NCBI GenBank assembly: GCA_963825055.1
Contig: CAWGSK010000018.1
Span: forward strand, 1-64,000
Direction: 5' to 3'
Length of the DNA: 64,000 nucleotides
Origin: an uncultured Gemmatimonadales bacterium
Lineage (GTDB): Bacteria > Gemmatimonadota > Gemmatimonadetes > Gemmatimonadales > GWC2-71-9
The stretch's first letter is position 1. The number at the start of each line of letters is the position of its first letter. Below are positions 1 to 9,336 of this stretch, in pieces. Both the position numbers and the translations under genes were made by a program. The notes below the pieces were generated by a model. The model saw only the letters and a program-made list of their open reading frames with translations. It was not told the origin of the DNA and made no database searches.

Positions 1-1095
1 GAGCACATCGACTACTGCGGCCTGCCGGTGTTCCCCATGGCGATCTCGAGGGCAGTGTGGCTGCGGGCCCGCGCGCGGCCGGATGCCGGGGTCCGTGTCG
101 TCAATGACGACCGCTCCCTCGGCAGCCGGGAGTTCGAGGTCGCCGCGAAAATCCCGCCCTACGGGATGGGCGACTGGGGAAACTATCTCAAGGCCGCGGC
201 CCAGGCACTGCACTGGCAGTATGGTCCCCTGCGGGGGATGGACGCTGCCCTCTGTTCCACGCTTCCGATGGCCAGCGGGCTCAGTTCGTCATCGGCGCTG
301 TTGATCGCGGCGCTGCTGGGCCTGCTTCAGGCCAATGGCCTCGAGGTCCCGGCTGACCTGGCGTCTATTGCGATGCGCGCCGAGCGATACGTAGGTACCC
401 AGAGCGGCGGGATGGACCAGGCCATTATCCTGGGTGCCCGGGCCGGCCATGCGGCACTCGTGGAGTTCGACCCGCTCACGCTGCACCAGCATCGGGTCCC
501 GGACAGCTGGCGCTTCATCGCGGCGTTCAGTACGGTACCCGCCCCGAAATCGGGCTCGGCCAAGGGCGGCTACAACAATCTCACCGAGAGGGCGCGGGAG
601 GCGCTCATCCCTGTGCTCAGGCACCTCGACTTACCCGCAACCACGTCCTGGGCCACGCTCACGGGCATGATGCCTTCCCGGGAACTCGTGGCCCGCGGGG
701 CCGAGGCCCTGCCGGCCGCCCTCCTGCCCAACTTCCGGCATATCGTCACCGAGGTCGCGCGAGTGCACGCCGCGGTGAAGGCCATGAAATCAGGGGACCT
801 GGCCGGATTCGGGGCGCTGATGAATGCGTCGCACCAGAGTCTCCGGGACGACCTTGGCGTCAGCACTCCGGACCTGGACCAGGCCGTAGCCATCTGCCGG
901 GAGGCCGGCGCCACCGGCGCCCGTCTCACCGGCGCCGGGTTCGGAGGGAGCATTGTTGCCCTGTGTGAAGCGGGGGCAGAGGAGAGGGTCCGGACCGAGC
1001 TGCGCCGGCGATACTACGAACCCCGGGATGCGGCCCGGTCCAGTGATGATCATTGCTTCGTGGCTGCACCTTCCGCCGGCGCGGGGCTCGCGTAG
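1..1095 (+). CDS. galK: GHMP-family sugar kinase (galactokinase / N-acetylgalactosamine kinase-like); 5' end outside window
   Basis: Frame from base 1 reads EHIDYCGLPVFPMA (galactokinase signature); PMASGLSSSSAL ATP loop; GGMDQA; GARLTGAGFGG. Confidence 0.88.
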   Translation, partial: EHIDYCGLPVFPMAISRAVWLRARARPDAGVRVVNDDRSLGSREFEVAAKIPPYGMGDWGNYLKAAAQALHWQYGPLRGMDAALCSTLPMASGLSSSSALLIAALLGLLQANGLEVPADLASIAMRAERYVGTQSGGMDQAIILGARAGHAALVEFDPLTLHQHRVPDSWRFIAAFSTVPAPKSGSAKGGYNNLTERAREALIPVLRHLDLPATTSWATLTGMMPSRELVARGAEALPAALLPNFRHIVTEVARVHAAVKAMKSGDLAGFGALMNASHQSLRDDLGVSTPDLDQAVAICREAGATGARLTGAGFGGSIVALCEAGAEERVRTELRRRYYEPRDAARSSDDHCFVAAPSAGAGLA

Positions 1096-1097
1096 TC

Positions 1098-1532
1098 ATG
1101 CCCCATGTCCTTCATGCCCGTTCCACCGAGGACATCCAGCGGTGCTGGCCGGTGCTGCGTGATCTCCGGCCCGACCTGAGCGCGGACGGTCTCGTCGAGG
1201 CCGTGCGGCGCATGACGCCCCACGGGTTTCACCTGGTGATGCTGGAGGACGAAGACGGAGAGGTACGGGCCGTGGCCGGATACCGGGTCACGGAGATGCT
1301 CCGTACGGGCCGCATGCTCGAAGTTGATGATCTCGTGACCGATCCACTGGCCCGCTCGCGCGGACACGGACGGCACCTCTTCGAATGGCTGGTGGCGGAA
1401 GCCGGACGCCAGGGGTGCTCCGTGCTGGAGCTGGACTCAGCCGTCCATCGACACGAGGCTCACCGCTTCTATTTTCGGCAGCGCATGCGGATCCTCGGGT
1501 ATCACTTCTCCCTCCCGTGCGCCTCGGCCTGA
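1098..1532 (+). CDS. GNAT-family N-acetyltransferase
   Basis: VDDLVTDPLARSRGHGRHL acetyl-CoA motif; LELDS...AHRFY; ATG 2 nt after kinase stop. Confidence 0.85.
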   Translation: MPHVLHARSTEDIQRCWPVLRDLRPDLSADGLVEAVRRMTPHGFHLVMLEDEDGEVRAVAGYRVTEMLRTGRMLEVDDLVTDPLARSRGHGRHLFEWLVAEAGRQGCSVLELDSAVHRHEAHRFYFRQRMRILGYHFSLPCASA

Positions 1533-1572
1533 GGCTGCGGCCTGGCCCTTCGCCCGCGCCTTCGCGGGCCGG

Positions 1573-3345
1573 CTATCGCACGCCGCCGAGACGGGGGAGC
1601 ATCCGGAACAGGCCGATGGCGCTGCCCGTCGCGACCGCAAGGTAGGCCAGTCCCGCCCCGAGGTGACCATACAGCAGTGAGCCCGTCGCGAACAGGGCGG
1701 CGTACACGGCGGCAACCCCCAGGAACCACGCCAGGAACGAGGCGCTCAGGCTGCCGTCACCGGTGGCGCGGGAGGTATCCACCGCGCGTGCCCACCCCGG
1801 CCCCTGCGGGTGGATCCTGTCGTAGAACGACTGCAGCACGGCGCGATCGGTGGGAGGGGTGAGGAGGGTGACCGTCACCCAGCCCGCTGTCGTGATCAGC
1901 ACACCGGTGACCAGCTGCACCGGCCCGGAGAGTGGGGGCAGCCCGGCCTTCACGTGGAAGAACTGGAACCATATCGCCACGAGGAATGAGATCACCATCC
2001 CGGAGATCTCGCTCCAGGCGTTGATCCGCCACCAGTACCACCGCAGCAGGTAGATGAGCCCGGTCCCCGCGCCGATCTGCAGCAGGATCTGGAATGCCTG
2101 GTAGGCATTCTGGAGCCAGAGCGAGACTGCCGCGCCCAGGATGACCAGGATCACGGTGGATACCCGGGCGGCTGCCACATAGTGCCGCTCGTCCCGGTCA
2201 TGGACCACGAATCGGCGGTAGACGTCGTCCACGAGGTAGGAGGAGCCCCAGTTGAGGTGGGTGCTTATGGTGGACATGTACGCCGCCGCGAGGGACGCAA
2301 CCATCATCCCCAGCAACCCGTGCGGGAGGAAAATGAGCATCGCCGGGTAGGCGAGGTCGTTCCGGAGGATGGACGGGTCCACATGGGGAAACCGGGCATG
2401 GATGGCCGCGAGATCCGGGTAGACAATGAGCGAAGCCAGCGCAACAATGATCCACGGCCAGGGACGGAGGCCGTAATGGAGGACGTTGAACAGCAGGGTC
2501 GAGAGCATCGACTCTTTTTCGTTCCGTGCCGCGAGCATCCGCTGCGCCACGTATCCTCCGCCACCGGGTTCCGCGCCCGGATACCAGGTGCTCCACCATT
2601 GCACCGCGATCGGTATGATGAACACCATCAGGGCCGTATCGAGCCGGCTGAAGTCCGGCAGGAGGCTCATTTTCGGTATGACCGCGGGATGGGAGATCAG
2701 GCCTGAGAGCCCGCCGACCTCCGGCAGGGAGAGTGCGTACCACGCCGCCGCTACCGCGCCGATCATCGCCAGGCCGAACTGCACCAGGTCCGTGAGGACG
2801 ACACCCCGGAGCCCTGAACTGGCCGCGTAAAGCACGGTGACGGCGCTGCAGACCAGGACCGTGGTCTGCTTGTCGAATCCCAGCAGGACCCCTGAGATCT
2901 TGATCGCCGCCAGGTTCACCGAGGCCATGATCATGACGTTGAAGAACAGGCCCAGATAGATGGCACGGAAGCCGCGGAGGAATGCGGCCGGACGGCCTGA
3001 GTAGCGGAGCTCGTAGAAGCCGATGTCGGTCATCGCCTCCGACCGCCGCCACAGCCTGGCGTAGAAGAAGACGGTGCACATGCCGGTGATGAGGAACGCC
3101 CACCAGACCCAGTTCTGGCTGACGCCGCCGGTCCGCACGAGATCGGTCACCAGGTTCGGCGTGTCGGTGGAGAAGGTCGTCGCGACCAGCGAAATGCCGA
3201 GGAGCCACCACGGAAGGCTGCGGCCGGAGAGGAAGAACTCCTGGGTTCCCGACCCGGCCCGCCGGACCACGGCGAGTCCGATCGCAACCGTGAGCAGGCC
3301 ATACAGCGCGATGACGGCCCAGTCGAGTGCGGTCAGTGCCATCAA
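1573..3345 (-). CDS. Sodium:solute symporter (SSS family)
   Basis: EFFLSGRSLPWW, SLVATTFSTDTP, QRMLAA, AAYMSTISTHLN; many TM helices. Confidence 0.92.
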   Translation of the reverse strand: MMALTALDWAVIALYGLLTVAIGLAVVRRAGSGTQEFFLSGRSLPWWLLGISLVATTFSTDTPNLVTDLVRTGGVSQNWVWWAFLITGMCTVFFYARLWRRSEAMTDIGFYELRYSGRPAAFLRGFRAIYLGLFFNVMIMASVNLAAIKISGVLLGFDKQTTVLVCSAVTVLYAASSGLRGVVLTDLVQFGLAMIGAVAAAWYALSLPEVGGLSGLISHPAVIPKMSLLPDFSRLDTALMVFIIPIAVQWWSTWYPGAEPGGGGYVAQRMLAARNEKESMLSTLLFNVLHYGLRPWPWIIVALASLIVYPDLAAIHARFPHVDPSILRNDLAYPAMLIFLPHGLLGMMVASLAAAYMSTISTHLNWGSSYLVDDVYRRFVVHDRDERHYVAAARVSTVILVILGAAVSLWLQNAYQAFQILLQIGAGTGLIYLLRWYWWRINAWSEISGMVISFLVAIWFQFFHVKAGLPPLSGPVQLVTGVLITTAGWVTVTLLTPPTDRAVLQSFYDRIHPQGPGWARAVDTSRATGDGSLSASFLAWFLGVAAVYAALFATGSLLYGHLGAGLAYLAVATGSAIGLFRMLPRLGGVR

Positions 3346-4250
3346 CGATCCTTTCGCTGGGCGGAAGCGCCCGGATGAGGGCCCGGAATGGCCGCGAGGC
3401 GACGGGCGACGTCGTCCCGGTCACCCGGGAAGGTCATGCCCATCCACCTCTGTCCGACGGGAAGAATCCGCACGGCGAGGTCGCCGGAGGCGATCAGTTC
3501 GCCCACGGCATCGCTCAGCAGGAACTCACGGGACGGATCAGTGGAGTGTCGCCGGAGGAATTCCCGGAAGCGGTCCTCGAGCGCCGGGAGGACGGACGCC
3601 GGGAAGCCCCACAGGTTCATGGAGACCGGCGTGCCGGGTGGGATGACGTGCTCACTGCCCTCGACGTCGCTTCCGGTCACACCGTCCGGGCCCATGGCAA
3701 GGCCGTGCAGTTCCCGGATGCCGCGGAGCGTTCCATCGTCGTCGCTGACCAGGGCCGCCCGGGAGACGCCCCCGCTCATCGAGAGCGTGTTCTCGACCGG
3801 ATATCCGACCACGGCGGCGTCCCGCGACGTCACGAGATGGCGTGCCAGTGCCAGCCAGGCCTCCGGTCCGTAGTAGTCATCGGCGTTGCACACCCCGAAC
3901 GGGCCATGAACCAGTGCCCGCGCGGACAGGACGGCGTGGCCCGTGCCCCACGGCTTCTCCCGTGAAGGACCGGCGGCGGCCGCGAGATCATCCCGGTGCT
4001 GCTCGGCGAACCGGGCCAGGCCGGCGTCACCGTGGACCCGCTCGAGGTGGGCAGCCACGTCGGGCTGCATCCCGGGGCGGATGACCAGGAAAATATCCCC
4101 GAACCCTGCCGCCCGCGCATCCTGTATCGCGTAGTCGAGCAGGGCACCGCCTCCCGGGCCGACCGGGTCGAGCTGCTTGGTCCGGCCATAGCGCCGGGCG
4201 AGACCGGCTGCCAGCACCACGAGCGCCGGCCGCGATGAGGACGTGGACAT
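3342..4250 (-). CDS. Sugar-1-phosphate nucleotidyltransferase (NTP_transferase family)
   Basis: LVVLAAGLARRYGRTKQ, KPWGTGHAVL, NADDYYG, SMNLWGF. Confidence 0.88.
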   Translation of the reverse strand: MSTSSSRPALVVLAAGLARRYGRTKQLDPVGPGGGALLDYAIQDARAAGFGDIFLVIRPGMQPDVAAHLERVHGDAGLARFAEQHRDDLAAAAGPSREKPWGTGHAVLSARALVHGPFGVCNADDYYGPEAWLALARHLVTSRDAAVVGYPVENTLSMSGGVSRAALVSDDDGTLRGIRELHGLAMGPDGVTGSDVEGSEHVIPPGTPVSMNLWGFPASVLPALEDRFREFLRRHSTDPSREFLLSDAVGELIASGDLAVRILPVGQRWMGMTFPGDRDDVARRLAAIPGPHPGASAQRKDR

Positions 4251-4410
4251 GAGCTCCGACAGTGTCGTGTCGATGTGTGACGGGACGGTCGCGCAAATCG
4301 GCGACCCGATGCATAATACTCAGGTCGGCGGCTCCCGGCCTGCCGGCGTTCCAGTACTCATTCCCGGCCCCCGGGCCCGCCCCGGCCGCCGCTCCAGCGG
4401 AGCGCTCGTG

Positions 4411-5250
4411 ATGCAGCGCCGAACAATGGTCCAGTTGATGGGTGCTGCCGCCGTCGGAACCCTCGCCCCCGGCCTGGCGCGGTTCCGCCGGCGGGCGACG
4501 CTGCCACCCCCCGGCATCCAGCTCTACTCGGTGCGGGATGCGATGAAAACGGATACGACCGGGACGCTGGGGCGACTGGCCGGGCTGGGCTATCAGGAGG
4601 TGGAATTCGCCGGCTATTTCGGGCATGACCCCGCGCGCCTCCGCGCAGCGCTCGACCGTTTCGGACTGGCGGCCCCGTCGGTCCACGTGTCACTGGAAAG
4701 CCTGGAGGGGGATTTCGAGTCCGTCGCCGGCCCGGCTGGCGTGCTGGGTCACTCCTGGCTCGTGGTGCCCTGGCTCGACGCCGCGCTGAGAGACCCGGCC
4801 GGCTGGGGTGACCTTGGCGTGCGTTTCAACCGGCTCGGCCGGCGGGCACGTGACGCCGGGTTCCGCTTCGGGTACCACAATCACGACTTCGAGTTCACCC
4901 CGGCTGCCAACGGCCGGGCCCTGTTCGACGTCCTGCTCCAGGAGACGGACCCCGCGCTGGTGGCATTCGAGCTGGACGTCTACTGGGCGGTGAAGGGCGG
5001 CCGCGACCCGGTTGCGATGGTCGCCGCGCATCCCGGACGTTTCCCGATGCTGCACATCAAGGATTCGGCCGGACCTCCCGACCATCGCATGGTGGATGTC
5101 GGCTCGGGGACGATCGACTTCGCCGCGGTCCTCGACGCCGCTCGCGGAGGCATCAGCCACGCCTTTCTCGAGCACGACGAGCCCGCGGACCCATGGGCGT
5201 TCGCCCGTCAGGGCATGACGTGGTATCACTCTCAGAGGAGCCCCACATGA
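4411..5250 (+). CDS. Tat-exported sugar phosphate isomerase/epimerase (xylose-isomerase-like TIM barrel)
   Basis: MQRRTMVQL Tat-like leader; GIQLYSVRD, YHNHDFEF, ELDVYW, LHIKD, EHD. Confidence 0.85.
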   Translation: MQRRTMVQLMGAAAVGTLAPGLARFRRRATLPPPGIQLYSVRDAMKTDTTGTLGRLAGLGYQEVEFAGYFGHDPARLRAALDRFGLAAPSVHVSLESLEGDFESVAGPAGVLGHSWLVVPWLDAALRDPAGWGDLGVRFNRLGRRARDAGFRFGYHNHDFEFTPAANGRALFDVLLQETDPALVAFELDVYWAVKGGRDPVAMVAAHPGRFPMLHIKDSAGPPDHRMVDVGSGTIDFAAVLDAARGGISHAFLEHDEPADPWAFARQGMTWYHSQRSPT

Positions 5251-5780
5251 AACGCCTCATCCTGGCGGGAGCAATGCTCCTGGCCACCAGTCCAGCCGCA
5301 GCCCAGCAACAGCCGATGCCGGAGTCCTACCGGCAGGTACAGGGCGACATGCTCGCCTTGCAGCGCAAGCTCCTGATCGCCATGGTGGATTCGATGCCGG
5401 AATCGCTGTATCAGGACAAGGTGACCGAGCCCCAGCGGGATTTCGCGGGGCAGGTGGCCCATGCCGCCTGGGCCGTGCCCTTTGTCGCGTACATGACCGC
5501 CGGCAAAGACATGCCCGCCCTGCCCGACAGCGCGGCCTCCATGACGACGCGCGCCGGGCTCCGCAAATACGTCAACGCCAGCTTCGACGTAGCCGGGCAG
5601 CTCTTCAAGTCGCAGAGCGCGGCGGATCGCAATGCCATGGTGAACTTCTTCGGCATCAAGCAGATGCCGGTCTGGCAGACGTGGGACGAGATTCACCAGC
5701 ACACCTTCTGGACGGCCGGGCAGATCGTCGCCAACTTCCGCAAGCACGGGATGGCCCCGCCGGGATTCGGCTTCTTCTAG
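5247..5780 (+). CDS. Secreted DinB-family protein
   Basis: Signal peptide; MPESLY, RDFAGQVAH, HQHTFWTAGQ...R.HG.APP; ATGA overlap with upstream stop. Confidence 0.7.
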   Translation: MKRLILAGAMLLATSPAAAQQQPMPESYRQVQGDMLALQRKLLIAMVDSMPESLYQDKVTEPQRDFAGQVAHAAWAVPFVAYMTAGKDMPALPDSAASMTTRAGLRKYVNASFDVAGQLFKSQSAADRNAMVNFFGIKQMPVWQTWDEIHQHTFWTAGQIVANFRKHGMAPPGFGFF

Positions 5781-5820
5781 CCGATCGCCTTCTACCGCAC
5801 ACTCCTCAGTGACAGGTGCC

Positions 5821-7512
5821 ATGACGCAGCAGCAACGGAAGACCTGGGATGTCTGTATCGTCGGGTCAGGCGCGGGCGGCGGCATGGCCGCCTGGGCCCT
5901 CACGAAAGCCGGCGCGGATGTCGTCCTCCTCGAGGCCGGCGTTCCATGGGACAACACGACCGACGGCGCGATGCTCAAGTGGAACTACGATTCGCCCCGG
6001 CGTGGCGCCGGGACGAAGGAACGGCCCTTCGGGGAGTTCGATGCCTGCATCGGCGGCTGGGACATCGAAGGCGAGCCCTACACCCGGGCCGCCGGGTCGC
6101 GCTTCGACTGGTGGCGGGCCCGGATGGTGGGCGGACGGACCAACCACTGGGGGCGTATCTCGCTCCGGTTCGGCCCCGACGACTTCCGCCGCAAATCGCT
6201 GGACGGGCTGGGTGACGACTGGCCCATCGGGTACGACGATCTCCAGCCCTACTATGACCGGGTCGACCGGCTGGTGGGCCTCTTCGGCAGCGTCGAGAAC
6301 ATCCCCAACCAGCCGGACGGCATCTTCATGGCGCCGCCGGAGCCCCGGTGCTACGAGCTGCTGGTGAAGCAGGCCTGTGACAAGCTCAACGTCACGTGCA
6401 TTCCCGCCCGCCTGTCGATCATCACCGAGCCCCTGAACGGGCGGGCGCCATGCCACTACTGCGGGCAGTGCAACCGGGGCTGCGGGGTCAACGCCAACTT
6501 TTCGTCCACCAACGTGCTGCTCCCGCCCGCGAAGGCGACAGGCCGCCTCACCCTTCGGACCGGGGCCATGGCGCGTGAAATCACTGTCGGGAGCGACGGG
6601 CGTGCCACCGGTGTCTCCTACATCGACAAGGAGACCGGCCTGGACGAACACGTCCAGGCGCATGTGATCGTCCTCGCGGCGAGCGCGTGCGAGTCGGCGC
6701 GCATCCTGCTCAACTCGCGATCCACCGCCTTCCCACAGGGACTGGCCAACTCGAGCGGGGTCGTCGGGCGATACCTGACCGACACGACCGGAACGGACGT
6801 GGCCGGGTTCATCCCCGCACTCGTCGATGGGCTCCCGCACAACGAGGACGGTGTCGGGGGCGGCCATGTGTACAGCCCGTGGTGGCTCGACAATCGGAAG
6901 CTGGGTTTTCCCCGGGGATATCACATCGAGGTCTGGGGTGGCCGGGGAATGCCGGGCTACGGTTTCATGGGCGGCATTCAGGGCTACCCCGGTGCCGGCG
7001 GGTACGGCGCCAGCCTGAAGAACGATTACCGACGCCTCTGGGGTTCCACGGTCGGGTTTTCAGGACGGGGCGAGATGATCCCGAACGACCGGAGCTACTG
7101 CGAACTCGACCCTTCGGTCGTGGACCAGTGGGGCATTCCGGTGCTGCGCTTCCACTGGGAGTGGAGCGACTACGAGTACCTGCAGGTGAAGCATATGCAG
7201 GAAACCTTCCGGGCCATCATTGACGCGATGGGCGGGCAGGTGTTCTCCCCCATGCCGACGAAGGAGCAGGGCTATGGGATTGCCCCGGGTGGGCGCATCA
7301 TCCACGAGCTCGGCGTGACCCGGATGGGCAGTGACCCGTCGCGCTCGGTGGTCAACGGCCACTCCCAGGCGCATGACGTCCCGAACCTGTTCATCGCCGA
7401 CGGCGGCCCCTTCGTCTCCCAGGCCGACAAGAACCCGACCTGGACCATCATGGCCCTCGCCTGGCGCGCGTCGGACTACATCATGGAACAACGGAAGCAG
7501 GGGGCGATCTGA
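5821..7512 (+). CDS. GMC-family flavin oxidoreductase (glucoside 3-dehydrogenase large-subunit-like)
   Basis: IVGSGAGGG FAD motif, GGRTNHWGR, CHYCGQCNRGC Fe-S motif, IHELGVTRMG, KNPTWTIMAL. Confidence 0.92.
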   Translation: MTQQQRKTWDVCIVGSGAGGGMAAWALTKAGADVVLLEAGVPWDNTTDGAMLKWNYDSPRRGAGTKERPFGEFDACIGGWDIEGEPYTRAAGSRFDWWRARMVGGRTNHWGRISLRFGPDDFRRKSLDGLGDDWPIGYDDLQPYYDRVDRLVGLFGSVENIPNQPDGIFMAPPEPRCYELLVKQACDKLNVTCIPARLSIITEPLNGRAPCHYCGQCNRGCGVNANFSSTNVLLPPAKATGRLTLRTGAMAREITVGSDGRATGVSYIDKETGLDEHVQAHVIVLAASACESARILLNSRSTAFPQGLANSSGVVGRYLTDTTGTDVAGFIPALVDGLPHNEDGVGGGHVYSPWWLDNRKLGFPRGYHIEVWGGRGMPGYGFMGGIQGYPGAGGYGASLKNDYRRLWGSTVGFSGRGEMIPNDRSYCELDPSVVDQWGIPVLRFHWEWSDYEYLQVKHMQETFRAIIDAMGGQVFSPMPTKEQGYGIAPGGRIIHELGVTRMGSDPSRSVVNGHSQAHDVPNLFIADGGPFVSQADKNPTWTIMALAWRASDYIMEQRKQGAI

Positions 7513-8108
7513 TGACCGACCTGAGCCGCCGCGATGCAATTTCGGCCCTCGGGGCCGCGGCACTCGCCGCCTCGGGCCTCGCGGCCTGCCGCCCTGGCGA
7601 CGTGGACCGGGCCCGGCGCCACGCCGAGGCGAACCCAGGCAGCGACTTCACGCCGCAGTACCTGACCCCCCGCGAGGTAGCGACCGTTGTGCTCCTTGGC
7701 GACATGATCATCCCCGCTGATGATCGCTCCGGGTCGGCCTCCGATGCCGGAGTCCCGGCGTTCATCGATTTCGTCCTGGCTGAAGAGATGACCGACCAGA
7801 CCCGGATCCGCGGCGGCCTGGCCTGGCTCGATCGAGAAAGCACCGAGCGCTACCGGGCCCGCTTCGTGGACGCCAACCAGGCCCAGCGCGAGGCCATCCT
7901 GAACGACATCGCCTGGCCGGAGAAGGCAAAGTCCGGGCACAGCCAGGGCGTCGCATTCTTCAACGCCTTCCGCGACCTCGTGGCATCCGGCTTCTGGTCC
8001 AGCAGGATGGGCGTGGAGGACATCGGGTACATGGGCAACCATCCCGTGCAGCAGTGGAACGGCTGCCCTCCGGAGCAGCTGCGGAAGATCGGGGTGCAGA
8101 ATGCGTAA
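7512..8108 (+). CDS. Gluconate 2-dehydrogenase subunit 3 family (Tat carrier subunit)
   Basis: SRRDAI twin-arginine; IIPAD...A.DAGVPAFID; GFWSS..G..DIGY.GN. Confidence 0.88.
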   Translation: MTDLSRRDAISALGAAALAASGLAACRPGDVDRARRHAEANPGSDFTPQYLTPREVATVVLLGDMIIPADDRSGSASDAGVPAFIDFVLAEEMTDQTRIRGGLAWLDRESTERYRARFVDANQAQREAILNDIAWPEKAKSGHSQGVAFFNAFRDLVASGFWSSRMGVEDIGYMGNHPVQQWNGCPPEQLRKIGVQNA

Positions 8109-9336
8109 GACGCTGGGTATCGGTATCATCGGGAGCGGCTTCAACGCCCGCTTCCACCTTCAGGCCTTCGTGGGCGTGCGGGACGCCGATATCCGCGGAC
8201 TGTGGAGCCCCACCCGAAAGCACGCCGAGTCCGCTGCGGCCCACGCGCGGGAACTCGACGTGGGGCCCGACGCAAAAGCCTACAGGTCGATCACCGAGAT
8301 GGTGGCCGATCCCGCCGTCGACGCCATCTGGCTCTGCGGCCCGAATCAGGCGCGGATCGAGAACGTGGAAGAAATCACCGACACCATCATCCGTGGGAAG
8401 GGCGAGCTGCGCGGGCTGGCCTGCGAGAAGCCGCTCGCCCGGAACGTCAGGGAAGCTGCGGAGGTCGTGCGCATGGTCAAGCAGGCCCATCTGCGCCATG
8501 GCTACCTCGAGAACCAGGTGTTCGCGCCGCAGGTGAGCCGCGGACGCGAGTTGCTGTGGGCGCGCGGTGCATCCGCCACCGGCCGGCCGTACCTGGCCCG
8601 CGCCGCCGAGGAGCACGCCGGGCCGCACATGCCGTGGTTCTGGCGGGGTGACCTGCAGGGCGGTGGTGTCCTGAACGACATGATGTGCCATTCCGCGCTG
8701 GTGGTCTGGCATCTCCTGACCCGGCCCGGCGAGGCCCTTACGACGGTGAAACCGAAGCGGGTGACCGGTCACATCGCCAGCCTCAAGTGGACCCGGCCGG
8801 AGTATGCGAAGCAGCTGAAGCAGCAGATGGGGGTGGACTACCGGAAACGGCCGTCCGAGGACTTCGCGAGCCTCATGATCGAATTCGAGACTGCCGAGGG
8901 GTATACCGTCATCGGCGAGGCCTCGACCTCGTGGAGCTTTGTCGGTGCTGGCCTCCGACTTTCCTCCGAGCTTCTCGGCCCGGAGTACTCGATGTCCTGG
9001 AACACGCTGGAGACCGGCCTCAACCTCTTCTTCAGCCGGGCCGTGTCTGGTCGTGAGGGAGAAGACCTGGTCGAGAAGCAGAATGCCGAGATGGGCCTGA
9101 TGCCGGTGGTCGCCAACGAGGCGGTTGCCTACGGCTACGAGGCAGAAAATCGTCACTTCACCCGGGTCTTTCTCGGCAAGGAGAAGCCCATCCTGACGTT
9201 CGACCATGGGCTGGCCGTGGTGAAGCTGCTGATGACCGCCTACCGGAGCGCGGAGACCGGCCGGACTGTCCGGTATCCGGCGCCGGGCCTCGACAAGTTC
9301 GTCCCGAAGGTAGCCAGGGGGACCTGGCGGCCGTGA
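8101..9336 (+). CDS. Gfo/Idh/MocA-family oxidoreductase
   Basis: GIGIIGSGFNARFH, CEKPLARN, GGGVLNDMMCH. Confidence 0.9.
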   Translation: MRKTLGIGIIGSGFNARFHLQAFVGVRDADIRGLWSPTRKHAESAAAHARELDVGPDAKAYRSITEMVADPAVDAIWLCGPNQARIENVEEITDTIIRGKGELRGLACEKPLARNVREAAEVVRMVKQAHLRHGYLENQVFAPQVSRGRELLWARGASATGRPYLARAAEEHAGPHMPWFWRGDLQGGGVLNDMMCHSALVVWHLLTRPGEALTTVKPKRVTGHIASLKWTRPEYAKQLKQQMGVDYRKRPSEDFASLMIEFETAEGYTVIGEASTSWSFVGAGLRLSSELLGPEYSMSWNTLETGLNLFFSRAVSGREGEDLVEKQNAEMGLMPVVANEAVAYGYEAENRHFTRVFLGKEKPILTFDHGLAVVKLLMTAYRSAETGRTVRYPAPGLDKFVPKVARGTWRP

